Source of the DNA: Gammaproteobacteria bacterium
Lineage (GTDB): Bacteria; Pseudomonadota; Gammaproteobacteria; Ga0077536
Length of the DNA: 64,000 bases
NCBI GenBank assembly: GCA_965216305.1
Contig: OZ244144.1
Coordinates: 3,692,429-3,756,428, forward strand
Reading direction: 5' to 3'
Below are positions 1 through 10,023 of the stretch, piece by piece (the stretch's first letter is position 1; each line of letters starts with the position of its first letter). The notes beneath the pieces were generated by a model. That model ran no database searches, was not told where the DNA came from, and worked only from the letters and a program-made list of their open reading frames with translations. A program made the translations under genes and the position numbers.

Positions 1-428
1 TAGACCAGATCCGCTCGCGCAGACACCGACCGATGCGTCGCGCCAGTGCCTTTTTCCAGTAGTTCTGCGGTTGCCGACGCATAGGCCCAGGGCGCGGTAG
101 ACCCCCCGGTTGCACCGACGGTGGTGTAGTCGACGACGGCACCCCGATTCACCCAGAAGTCCGTCGCCTGCAGCGTAAACGGGCCCGGGCTTACGATGCT
201 CCCGCCGGGATTCAGGTTAATGGTTGAAATACCGATGGAGTGAGGGTTCAGGCTCTGTTGCTCCTGGGCTGCGCGAAGCTCATCATCGTCATAGTTTATT
301 CGCGGCTCGGAAAACGGCTCCAGCGGGTCCGCGTGACCCTGTAGCGAATAGCCCGTGAGTAAGGCAACCACGGCGACATACCTGAAAAGGCCTTGCGCGA
401 ACGCTTCAGATCGACTGACAGAAAACAA
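1..428 (-). CDS. Secreted hypothetical protein, 5' part only (runs off the window start)
   Basis: Manual translation: GGGAGG RBS, then TTG at 428, then MFSVSRSEAFAQGLFRYVAVVALLTGYSLQGHA|DPLEPF...; signal-peptide-like N-terminus; frame stays open to position 1. Confidence 0.6.
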   Translation of the reverse strand, partial: MFSVSRSEAFAQGLFRYVAVVALLTGYSLQGHADPLEPFSEPRINYDDDELRAAQEQQSLNPHSIGISTINLNPGGSIVSPGPFTLQATDFWVNRGAVVDYTTVGATGGSTAPWAYASATAELLEKGTGATHRSVSARADLV

Positions 429-1224
429 CGTCTGTTCCTCCCGGATAATTAATGATCGATTACCGTTGCTGAAATTCACCCATTCAATGCCTGTAAACAA
501 GGCGTGACGGGAGCTGGCACCGCGGGGCCGCTTATATTTGATTCGGATTTGAGATACCGGGATTGAAACCAGAGTCAACGCCGTTGTTCGAACGCGGCAA
601 ATCGGCCGATGTGTCCTCAACAATGCCATCCGTGTCCAGATCGCGAATCACAAATGCGAATCCTTTTCTGCTTTCCCGGTCTTTGTGCGTTTTGAGTAAA
701 CCTCTGAATGACGGACGTAGTCAATCCTTCTCTGGCGAATTTTTCGGAAATATTTCCTGTCACTTGGCTAGCGGCGCGATCAACATCAGCTGCAAGGTCG
801 GCATCCAACAGCGCAATTACTTAGCGCATTTTTCGACCAATCCGGGCTTGAGGGAAGCGGCGTTGTTCGCGGAGGGGAAATGATCATGCGTACAGCGGTA
901 ATGAAAGACAGAGTTTTCCGTGCGGCGGAATCGGCAAGCACGCTACGGCGAACTGGTAGTAGCCGAGCGATATCGGCACGTCGAGTGCCGCACATTACGC
1001 CGCGACGCGCGCTTTCTATCGCCGCAGGCGAGAATGAATTGCGGCCGAATTGGCGGATCGCTTCCGCGGGGAGACGGCGAAGATTTTCACCATATCGCTT
1101 GCCGCTTGAAGCAGGGCTCCGGGCGGTCTGCCGGCTCTTGCGTACGGTGTTCACCGCCGATCGCTGCGCTTAGCTTAGCTTAGCCGAGACGCAACGCGAC
1201 GAACCTCAACATCGGGCATGTCGT

Positions 1225-2082
1225 TTACGCCGATCCCCACAAACGGACCCAGCCGGTTTCTACTTCCAGCTCCGCCGTTTCGTAACCCGCTTCGCCCGGG
1301 AGTACCACCCGGTATTCACCCTCGGGATCGACCACGCGCACGCGACGGTACGGAGCGCGGCGCCGCGCCGCGCCCATCACCGCGTCGGCATCCGCGTAGC
1401 GATCGAGACAGGCAAGCATGCGCACTGTGGGCGACATCATCGCGAACGACCCTTGCGACCACCGCGCCAGCGCATCGTGTGGCGTCACCCACTCCCACTC
1501 GACGATTTCGCCGTCGTCGTGATGGGGTTGCTGGTTTGATGGCGCCCGCGCGACGAAAAATCGCGCATCGAAACGACGCGGTGCGCCCACGGGCGTAATA
1601 AAGCGCGCGACTTCCTCAATCGCGGTGGCGTCCAGCACAATCCCGGTTTCGAGCAATAGTTCGGCAAACACGGATTCATTCTCCCGCACGCGATCGCGCA
1701 GCGCGATCACGAGCTCGTCGCTGGCCGAGGTCTGCGCCAGCAGCAAGCCCGACTCTTCCAGCGTTTCCCGGCACGCAGCTAGCCACCACGCGAGTCCGCC
1801 GCGTTCGACACCGAGAACCTGTGACGCCTCGGCGTCCGACAGACCCGAGATCACGCGATCGAGTTCGCCAAGATGGTCCTCCGGGTCGACCCTGCCGCCG
1901 GGAAACACCCACATATCCGGCGCGAACACCACGCGGCCGGTTCGCCGCAGCATCAACACGTGCAGCTCCGGCCGATCGTCGACGAGAATTACGGTTGCTG
2001 CGGGTTTCACCGGAACGGCTGCGGGGTCGAAAGTCTCGGACACGATAGCGGACGAACAAACCTGGAAAGCGATAGCATACAA
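1225..2082 (-). CDS. NUDIX hydrolase (NUDT19-like, acyl-CoA diphosphatase type)
   Basis: PAATVIL, WVFPGGRVD, AACRETLEESGL Nudix box, FITP..PRRFDARFF; true start may be GTG 2043. Confidence 0.85.
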   Translation of the reverse strand: MYAIAFQVCSSAIVSETFDPAAVPVKPAATVILVDDRPELHVLMLRRTGRVVFAPDMWVFPGGRVDPEDHLGELDRVISGLSDAEASQVLGVERGGLAWWLAACRETLEESGLLLAQTSASDELVIALRDRVRENESVFAELLLETGIVLDATAIEEVARFITPVGAPRRFDARFFVARAPSNQQPHHDDGEIVEWEWVTPHDALARWSQGSFAMMSPTVRMLACLDRYADADAVMGAARRRAPYRRVRVVDPEGEYRVVLPGEAGYETAELEVETGWVRLWGSA

Positions 2083-2804
2083 GATGCAAGCCGGTCAGAA
2101 GGTGGGCGGGCTCTGACGGGGATTCCCTGCGTCGATAAACAGGAATCCTGAACCATGTGTTTCGCCCTATCGCTAATCGAAATTCGACCACATCATCTCT
2201 TTCCCGACGCGCTTGCGGCTAGCCCACCGATGGCTTCGCCACGCTTCTTGTCCCGGCTCCGGGCTGCGGTTCACTGCGAGCGGGTCGACGCACAGCCCGA
2301 ATACTAATTGTGACGATGCGTTCCTGCGCACGGCGCTGCGCGGTGTATTCATCCTGCTGACGGTAAGCACGGCTGCGCTTGCCTGTGACTGGGCCGGGCA
2401 AGGTGCATCAGCCCGGTGGTGAGACCCTTTCTGCACATGCCGTCGGCGCTTACCCAGGGCCTGACGATCCACGACGGCCGATTGCACGAACGCACCGGCA
2501 CTTGCGCGCGCTCAATAAATTCGTCGTCCCGCCCTGGAGAGCGGACGTGCGACGCAGAGGGTGGCGATTGACGACCGCTAGTTTGGCGCGGGCATTACGG
2601 TTCTTGCCGATCGGCGCTACCAGCGCAGCTGGCAACAAGGCTTTACTTTCGTCTACGAGCTGAAATCGCTTCAATTGCGCGCAATCCCGACCCATCGCCC
2701 GCGTGGCGCGTTGCCGGGCGCAAGCGCGGATGATCCCGGGGCGCGCGGCGATCAGATAAAGTGCGCCGTGCGTCCAATCAATTCGCTTCAGTCGAGGAGA
2801 AACC

Positions 2805-3581
2805 ATGGAATTCGACACGCTACGCATTGCCGGCGACGGCCCGATCCGGGAACTTGTTCTCAATCGCCCGCGTATCCATAACGCGATCAATGATCAGATC
2901 ATCAAAGACCTCACCCAGGCCTGCATCGAGCTCGATAATCTCAGCAAGGTGAGGGTCGTGATCCTGCGTGGCGAAGGCAAGAGCTTCAGCTCCGGCGCCG
3001 ATCTGAATGCCCTGTCGCCGAATGCCACGGGATGGATCGACAACGCGCGCGCCGGTGAACGCATGTACGATCTGTTGACGAACCTCGGCCCAATCACGAT
3101 CGCCTGCATGCACGGCTACTGTATCGGCGGCGGTGCAGTACTGCCGGCAGCGTGCGATTTCCGCCTTGCCGCAACGAGTACGAAACTCACGATCAACGAA
3201 GTCAGCATCGGTTTTAACCTCACCTGGCATACGATCCCGGCGATCGTGCAACTCGTCGGCGCACCGCGTGCGAAGGAAATGATCCTGCTCGGTCATTCCT
3301 ACACTGCCGAGACCTTACTGGAATACGGTTACGTCAACGAGGTCATGGAAGATGCCGCCCTGCTGCCACGCGCGTTCGAACTCGCGGAAGAAATCTGCAA
3401 CCAGCCGCCGTGGCCAACGTTCAGCACAAAGGCCTCAATCAATGCCTGCGCGAAAGCGCTCGATCGTTCCGTGCATCACCTCGATTGCCTGTCGACCGCG
3501 CTGATGAGTCGGGGTGAGAACAGTCGCATCGCGCGCGAGACCTATTTCGATCGCGGAACCCGCAAGTGGGTGGAGGAATAA
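2805..3581 (+). CDS. Enoyl-CoA hydratase/isomerase (crotonase) family protein
   Basis: LNRP..HNA, FSSGADL, HGYCIGGG..L..ACDFR motifs; GAGGAG RBS. Confidence 0.9.
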   Translation: MEFDTLRIAGDGPIRELVLNRPRIHNAINDQIIKDLTQACIELDNLSKVRVVILRGEGKSFSSGADLNALSPNATGWIDNARAGERMYDLLTNLGPITIACMHGYCIGGGAVLPAACDFRLAATSTKLTINEVSIGFNLTWHTIPAIVQLVGAPRAKEMILLGHSYTAETLLEYGYVNEVMEDAALLPRAFELAEEICNQPPWPTFSTKASINACAKALDRSVHHLDCLSTALMSRGENSRIARETYFDRGTRKWVEE

Positions 3582-3607
3582 ACGCGTCGTTGCAGCGCGA
3601 AGAGAAA

Positions 3608-5755
3608 TTACCCCACCGTCCGCTTGCGACGACGGCGCGCGAGCGCGAGCAGCGGCAATGCCAATAAAGCCATCGCCGGTGGTAGCGGTACCGCGGCGAG
3701 CGCAACACTCTGCCCCGGTGCGCTGAGCGTTACGCTGAAGCGGATCAGCAAGTCCAGGGTCGAACCATTCAGGAACGGATTACCGATAGGGCCGAGATCG
3801 ATTGGTGCCGAGAAGAACAGCAGTGCATCGTTCACGGTTACCAGGGTCGGATGAACCGTTACGCCGGTATTCACGTATGTCGCGCTAAAGTCTATCTGGT
3901 CAAAACCGGCGGCAGCAATTTGCACTGCGCTGAGGTCAATGAGGAGTGGCGCCAGGGGCGATAGCGTAATTGCCGGATCCTCGGCATAGCGCAGATCGAT
4001 CGCCATGGTGAATGTCTGCGGGCCAAGGGCAGCGGGATCGGCGGCGGCGAACAGCGAGATCTCGTTGAGCACGCCACCCAGCATACGAGTGCCGACCGTC
4101 GCCCCCGCTTGCGCTGCGCCGGTCTGGGGGGCGCCACCTGCCAGTCCGTTATGGTATGCACTGGCGAGCACTTCCGTGCTGCCCGCGATGTTGCCGCCGA
4201 CCGTGACGTCAAGACTGCCCGATGTCGCCGTGGTCATGCCGTACGCGGCCGAAATGGCACGCGCCTCGATTGCGCCACCTGGCGCTGTCGCGCGCGCATG
4301 CGCGAGTGCCGGGGACGCATTGAACGCGTTCGACGAACGCGCGAATGCCGTAACACTGGCGGCGCTGCCGGTGCTCGTACCGTCCGCAAAGGCTTCGGCG
4401 CCCCCGCCGCGCGACGTGATAAACGGACCCGGATTACCGCCCGCCGGCAACCCGCCCCAGCCGCCGTCCGCGATGGCTTCAACGGTTAACTGATTGCTGC
4501 CACCGTGGCGCCCGACGGCGCGCGCAAGCGCATCGCCGCCGCTACCCGGCGCATCGTTCAGGTTGTTCAGAATGAAACCACCACGCCCGCCAAATGCCGT
4601 CGCGCGGGCGAGGATCGCGCCGTTGACACCGTCGGCCTCAGCATAGGCATCGGCGTCAGCGCCATCGCCCGCGGCCGGTCCGCGCAGCAAATTCGTGATG
4701 CCAGGATTACTGCTGCCGCCGCTACCGCCCTCGGCTCTAGCGATCGCCGCGGCCGCGCCGATAAGGTTGTGACTCACGGCACGTGCCTGGCCGTGCGCGC
4801 CATCACCTGCTCCCTGTCCGAGTGTATCCTCCGCCCCGTTGCCACCCGTCGCATTGCTCGTGACGTTGAGAATGCCGATCTGGCTTTTCGCGCGTTCGAG
4901 CAAACTTACGGCGCTTCCCGCGCGTGCCGCCGGGAAGCCTACCGACATCGTCCCGGCACGCAAGCCACCACCGGCATTACCACCGCGCGCGTGCTGTGTC
5001 AGAAACATATTACCGGTAGTGACACCATCGACCGCGTCATCGAGCACGACATCAGCGCCGTTGCCACCAACGCCGACGAACAGACCATTCGCATTGTTTA
5101 AACCGGAACCGCCGTTGCCACCGTTCGCGATTGCCTCGACGATGACGCGTCCGCCACCGGATTGTCCGAACGCGCCATCAATGAACGCGTTGCCGCCATC
5201 CGGGGGACGGCCGTTGCTCGAGCGACCACCGTCGCCCCCGTCGCTGAATACGCGCACCGTGACGTTGTCGGCGCTGGCAGTTGTACCCTCGCCGAACGCA
5301 TGCGCGTCGCCACCGAGTCCGCCGACGCCACTCGTGCCAGTGGGAACAGTGTTTCCATAGTGTCCCCCACGACCGCCGTGTGCATTCGCATTCACTGTCA
5401 CCGGTCCCGCCGTGTCGCGATTCAGTACCGCATGTGCCGTCGCGTTGCCGCCATCACCACCGTCGCCGCCATCGCCGCCCGTAGTGCCGGCACCCCCTGC
5501 ACCGCCCGCGCCACCGAATGCGGTCGCGGTGTAGACGCTGTCCGCCGGCGGAAAAGCATCGATGGTTGCGCTTGCGTTGTCCCCATCGTCGCCATCGCCG
5601 CCATCTGGAACCAGGGTCGTGCCGGTCGCGCCGGGCGTGCCGGGGTCGCCCGAGACCGTCACTGTTGCGGTCCACGCGGGTGGCGTGACGAGCAGGCAGG
5701 CAAATGCAAGCAGAAAGGCGGGGAATCGTTCGCGTCGAGACAATCGCTGCTTCAT
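3608..5755 (-). CDS. Gly/Ala-rich secreted protein with VPLPPA-type (PEP-CTERM-like) exosortase signal
   Basis: Signal peptide (MKQRLSRR...PAWTA); repeated A.GG.GG.G units; C-terminus AVPLPPA + hydrophobic helix + RRRRKR; GGAGG RBS before ATG 5755. Confidence 0.8.
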   Translation of the reverse strand: MKQRLSRRERFPAFLLAFACLLVTPPAWTATVTVSGDPGTPGATGTTLVPDGGDGDDGDNASATIDAFPPADSVYTATAFGGAGGAGGAGTTGGDGGDGGDGGNATAHAVLNRDTAGPVTVNANAHGGRGGHYGNTVPTGTSGVGGLGGDAHAFGEGTTASADNVTVRVFSDGGDGGRSSNGRPPDGGNAFIDGAFGQSGGGRVIVEAIANGGNGGSGLNNANGLFVGVGGNGADVVLDDAVDGVTTGNMFLTQHARGGNAGGGLRAGTMSVGFPAARAGSAVSLLERAKSQIGILNVTSNATGGNGAEDTLGQGAGDGAHGQARAVSHNLIGAAAAIARAEGGSGGSSNPGITNLLRGPAAGDGADADAYAEADGVNGAILARATAFGGRGGFILNNLNDAPGSGGDALARAVGRHGGSNQLTVEAIADGGWGGLPAGGNPGPFITSRGGGAEAFADGTSTGSAASVTAFARSSNAFNASPALAHARATAPGGAIEARAISAAYGMTTATSGSLDVTVGGNIAGSTEVLASAYHNGLAGGAPQTGAAQAGATVGTRMLGGVLNEISLFAAADPAALGPQTFTMAIDLRYAEDPAITLSPLAPLLIDLSAVQIAAAGFDQIDFSATYVNTGVTVHPTLVTVNDALLFFSAPIDLGPIGNPFLNGSTLDLLIRFSVTLSAPGQSVALAAVPLPPAMALLALPLLALARRRRKRTVG

Positions 5756-6322
5756 GTCGGCCTCCGTGGCATTGCGGTAACGTCCTGCAGATGAACGCGG
5801 TGACGGTGAGAACAAGTAAACGTCGTTCGAAAATGGCAAACAAGCCCGGGCCCGGGCCTGGCGCAGGATATTTCAGGTAATTTGTCGCGTTTCTGCTGCG
5901 CGGTATGCCAATCCTGCGCGCCGACTACTGATCGACGCTGTCGCCGCAAGGAGCAGCATGGATCGATGACCCGTACGAACGAAGATGCACAACGTTCCGC
6001 GTGCTTCCCCGCCACGGTTCAAGCGATGCAAATGTTCGCCGGCGCAGTACCATGTTGCCGATACAATCCGCCTGTGTAAGTACGTACGGGCGGTGCAAGC
6101 GGCGGCCTCAAGCCTCGGCAACAACTCCGCTCCGGCGTTCCGGGCACCGTGTTGTCTGCGACAATCGCACAATCATGATCGTGCCTACGATCACGGGAGC
6201 GCGATGGTGCCGGAGCCGTATATTCGTATTGCCAGGTATCCCGATGCTGCGCGGGGTGCCCGCGAACGATTAGCGCAGCCCTGACCGGCGCCGCATGACG
6301 TCGTGATGATTCTGGACCACCA

Positions 6323-7087
6323 ATGGACGAACCGGACGAGCTCTCGCTGCTAATCGACCTGCACCGGGATGGCGAACGCCAGGGCCCTGGTGGCGATGAT
6401 GAAACGCGACTCGCAATCGCGCTCGCGGGATTGAGCGCAGACCGAAACCTCCGGATCGCGGAGATCGTTTGCGGCACCGGTGCCGCGACGCGCGTGCTTG
6501 CGCACGAACTCGACGCCACGGTGACAGCTGTCGATCGATTGCCGGCGTTCATCCGCGACCTGAACCGCGCACCGCACGGGGCCGCACACAGCGGCCGCAT
6601 AGAGACAGTGATCGCGTCAATGGACGCTTTACCGTTCGCTACACGATCGTTTGACGCGATCTGGTCGGAAGGCGCCATCTACAATATGGGCTTTACACAC
6701 GGGATCCGGGCCTGGCATCAGTTTCTGAAGCCGAACGGCATCCTGGCAGTATCCGAGTTAACGTGGTTGACGCAGGCACGGCCCGCGGCGCTGCAAGACC
6801 ATTGGCTGGCTGCCTATGCGGAAGTGGATACGGCAGCGGCCAAAATGACGGTTCTGCAGGACAATGGCTATTCGCCCGTCGGCTACTTCACGCTCCCGCA
6901 ACGCTGCTGGCTGAACAACTACTACCATCCACTGCAGGCTCGCAGCGCGGAATTCCTCGCGCGCAACAAGCATTCGACGGCGGCAAAAGCGATTGTGGCG
7001 GCGGAAGAACACGAGATCGCACTGTACGAGCGCTACGCGGCGTTTGTGGGTTACGGCTACTTTATCGCGCGAAAAATTGCCGACTGA
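6323..7087 (+). CDS. Class I SAM-dependent methyltransferase
   Basis: RQGPG, degenerate motif I AEIVCGTG, SMDALPF..FDAIWSEGAIYNMGF, LKPNG. Confidence 0.85.
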   Translation: MDEPDELSLLIDLHRDGERQGPGGDDETRLAIALAGLSADRNLRIAEIVCGTGAATRVLAHELDATVTAVDRLPAFIRDLNRAPHGAAHSGRIETVIASMDALPFATRSFDAIWSEGAIYNMGFTHGIRAWHQFLKPNGILAVSELTWLTQARPAALQDHWLAAYAEVDTAAAKMTVLQDNGYSPVGYFTLPQRCWLNNYYHPLQARSAEFLARNKHSTAAKAIVAAEEHEIALYERYAAFVGYGYFIARKIAD

Positions 7088-7292
7088 AACGCGCGTGCGG
7101 TACGCGCCGCTCGCGAAGGAATGCCGCGCATCCGTGCGCAACGCGCATGAACGAACGCTGGCGGGTCGGGTTTATGGTTTGCCCGTACGCTGCGCTCCGG
7201 CAATGTGGGCCACCGTCAGTGAATCAGCGCGCCAGCACAAACATTGAACGCAATCCCGATCCCGTCGTTCGCGCCTGGCGCGGCTCTCGCAG

Positions 7293-7778
7293 CTACCTGA
7301 CGATCGTGACGGGACAGGGCGCCTCGTTCGCGACGGCATGACTGACGCTGCCGAGCAAGGCGCGGCGGATCCCCGTGCGTCCGTGCGAACCCACGATGAT
7401 GAGATCGACGTTGTGTTCGTCTGCGAAGCGGCAGATCTCATCAGCGGGATGCCCCCATGCGATTGCTGATTCCGGCGTGTGACCGAGCGTACCGAGTGCA
7501 CTGACAGTGTCCGGCACTTCCTTTTGCTGCAAGCGTTTTTCGAGCATGTCGCGGATTTCCACGACCGTCATGGATCCGAAAGGCGCCGCAGTTGGATAAT
7601 CCCCGGCCCCCCAGGCGTGCGGCATGATGAGATCTTCGCTCTGGACGATGAGCACACTCACGCGTGCATCGAGCGCGCGCGCTAGCTGACCGGCAAACGC
7701 GGCCGCCTTCAGTGCGCCCTCGGAACCGTCGGTGGGAACCAGCACATGCTTAACTCCCGTTGTCACCTCAGCCATCAT
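7293..7778 (-). CDS. Universal stress protein (UspA family)
   Basis: VLVPTDGS, GHPADEI, DLIIVGSHGRTG..LLGSVS..V, PCPVTIV. Confidence 0.95.
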   Translation of the reverse strand: MMAEVTTGVKHVLVPTDGSEGALKAAAFAGQLARALDARVSVLIVQSEDLIMPHAWGAGDYPTAAPFGSMTVVEIRDMLEKRLQQKEVPDTVSALGTLGHTPESAIAWGHPADEICRFADEHNVDLIIVGSHGRTGIRRALLGSVSHAVANEAPCPVTIVR

Positions 7779-8170
7779 TTCCTCCCCTGTCGAGAATCAA
7801 CATACGTGTGATGTCAGAAACAGACTGCACCGGCAGCCGAAAGTTCTGCTGCAGCATCGGCGCAACCGACGACCCACCTCTTATCGCGTCCTGATTCACG
7901 ACCGATGGCTCGGCGCCCGGACCGTTGTTTCACGCGCACCCGAAACGAAACACGTCATCGAGGCCAGGATCACCGGCGGCGCGATTGACCGGCGCGATAT
8001 CGACGAACCCGCTTAGCACGGTGAACGCGCACGGGGGTATACTTTGCCGCACGGAAACCGGATTGCCGTCGCCTCACGTACATCGTCCGGCGCGGGCGCG
8101 ACTAGCGGGCGAACGCCGGCACCGCCGTAAGCCGTTGTGATCCGTAGCCCGTAATCTGCTGTGAACGAAA

Positions 8171-8218
8171 AAAGCCGGGCTCGTCGCGATACGTGGGATC
8201 GCGGCAACCCCGGCTTTA
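8171..8218. terminator. Long intergenic hairpin flanked by A/T tracts (terminator-like)
   Basis: AAAGCCGGG...CCCGGCTTT outer stem with inner GTCGCGAT/ATCGCGGC stem. Confidence 0.4.
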
Positions 8219-8240
8219 AAAAAAATGAGGGAACCGCACG

Positions 8241-8843
8241 ATGAAAGTCTACTTCGCACCGAACTCGCGAGCCGTGCGCACGGTTTGGCTCCTCGAGGAG
8301 ATCGGACTGCCGTATGAACTCGTTCGGTTTTCGCTCGGGCAGAAAGAAATGCGCGGTCCCGAATATACGAAGCTTAATCCGAACGGCCGCGTGCCGACGC
8401 TCGTCGACGGCGAGACGACGATCACTGAAAGCACGGCAATCGCGCAATATCTCGGCGCAAAATACGCGCCGGATCTCATCCCGGCTACCGACGCCCCGAA
8501 TTTCGCCACTTACCTGCAATGGCTCAACTATGCCGAAGGCATGATCATGCCGCCCATCAATAATTATGTCGTCGAGACGATCCTGTTGCCGCCGGAACGC
8601 CGCAACGAGGAAATCGCGGCGCGCTCGCTCAAACTTCTCAACCGCACGCTCGGTGCCGTCGAGGAACAGTTGACGGCACGCGAGTTCCTCGCCGATACGT
8701 TTACCATCGCCGACACCGTCACCGGCCATGCCGTGATCGTATCGCGCCGTCTCGGCGCGGATTTCAGCGACCGCCCGAATCTCGCGGCGTATGCCGATCG
8801 ACTCGAAGCGCGCGACGCATTCAAGACCGCAGATTCGATCTGA
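8241..8843 (+). CDS. Glutathione S-transferase family protein
   Basis: SRA.R..WLLEE, LNPNGRVPTL, ITESTAI..YL, FTIAD. Confidence 0.93.
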   Translation: MKVYFAPNSRAVRTVWLLEEIGLPYELVRFSLGQKEMRGPEYTKLNPNGRVPTLVDGETTITESTAIAQYLGAKYAPDLIPATDAPNFATYLQWLNYAEGMIMPPINNYVVETILLPPERRNEEIAARSLKLLNRTLGAVEEQLTAREFLADTFTIADTVTGHAVIVSRRLGADFSDRPNLAAYADRLEARDAFKTADSI

Positions 8844-8950
8844 TTCAAGGAGCGGGCCGACACGCGGCGGGAAACGCGGACAGGGAACCGGACGGCAACG
8901 GCGCCACGCACGGGGTCTGTTCGTTCAATCCCGGGCGCAAACACGACTGC

Positions 8951-8984
8951 CTGACATGAAACTTTCATCCGGGCGCTGCACAAT
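8951..8984 (+). promoter_or_regulatory. Putative Pho box (PhoB site) plus -10 element
   Basis: CTGACAT-GAAA-CTTTCAT (8951-8968) fits CTGTCAT-N4-CTGTCAT with one mismatch per half; CACAAT lies 10 nt downstream. Confidence 0.6.
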
Positions 8985-9011
8985 TGCGCGGGGAATTGCA
9001 AAGGGTCCGCA

Positions 9012-10016
9012 ATGAGTACGCGTATAGGCATCAATGGCTTCGGCCGTATGGGCAGGCTCGCCCTGCGCGCCGGCTGGGACGAGGCTGAAATCGAATTCTG
9101 CCGTATCAATGAAATCGCATGTCCTGCCGCGACTTCGGCGCACCTGCTGAAATTCGATTCCGTGCACGGAATCTGGCCCACGGATTGCTCGGCACCGGAC
9201 GAAGGTACACTGCTCATCGACGATAAACCGCTGGCTTACTCGAGCAAGCCGGCGATCGGGACGACGGACTGGTCGGATTGCGACATCGTGATCGAGGCAA
9301 CCGGCAAGCACCACAAATCGGCCGAGGCCCTGGACGCCTATTTCGAGTGCGGCGTGAGCAAAGTGCTCGTGGCAGCGCCCACGCAAGGGGCGCTGAATCT
9401 GGTCTACGGTGTCAATCATCAGCGCTACGATCATGCGCGGCATCATCTCGTAACGGCCGCGTCATGCACGACGAACTGCCTTGCACCTGTGGTGAAGGTG
9501 ATGCACGAACAAATCGGCATCGTCCACGGTTGCATGACCACGATCCACGACATTACGAACACCCAGACCATCGTCGACAAGGGGCACAAGGATTTGCGCC
9601 GCGCGCGTGCGTGCGGCCAATCCCTGATCCCGACCACGACCGGGTCGGCGAAAGCAATCACCGCAATCTTTCCCGAGCTCGAAGGTCGCTTGAATGGCCA
9701 CGCCGTCCGCGTGCCATTGCTCAACGCCTCTTTAACGGACTTCGTCTTCGAGGCCGCGCGTCCGGTCAGCGCCGAAGAGGTCAACGCCTTGCTGCGGTCC
9801 GCGGCCGAGGGCGAACTCGCGGGGATTCTTGGTTACGAGGAGCGCCCGCTCGTGTCGGTGGATTACCTCAATGATCCGCGATCATCGATCGTGGATGCGC
9901 CGGCGACGATGGTCGTGGACGACACCCAGGTGAAGATCCTCGCGTGGTACGACAACGAGTGGGGCTACGTCTGTCGGCTGATCGATATCGCGAAACTCCT
10001 CGCCGCGAGTCTGTGA
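9012..10016 (+). CDS. gap: ArsJ-associated glyceraldehyde-3-phosphate dehydrogenase
   Basis: [11 protein letters not shown], catalytic [25 protein letters not shown]; directly upstream of arsJ. Confidence 0.93.
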   Translation: MSTRIGINGFGRMGRLALRAGWDEAEIEFCRINEIACPAATSAHLLKFDSVHGIWPTDCSAPDEGTLLIDDKPLAYSSKPAIGTTDWSDCDIVIEATGKHHKSAEALDAYFECGVSKVLVAAPTQGALNLVYGVNHQRYDHARHHLVTAASCTTNCLAPVVKVMHEQIGIVHGCMTTIHDITNTQTIVDKGHKDLRRARACGQSLIPTTTGSAKAITAIFPELEGRLNGHAVRVPLLNASLTDFVFEAARPVSAEEVNALLRSAAEGELAGILGYEERPLVSVDYLNDPRSSIVDAPATMVVDDTQVKILAWYDNEWGYVCRLIDIAKLLAASL

Positions 10017-10023
10017 CGAACGT

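Noticed and set aside
430-1220. Short ORFs in long spacers (also 2083-2804, 5760-6320, 7780-8240, 59856-60071, 63015-63990)
   Set aside because: No recognisable family motifs; they may be decayed genes but cannot be supported
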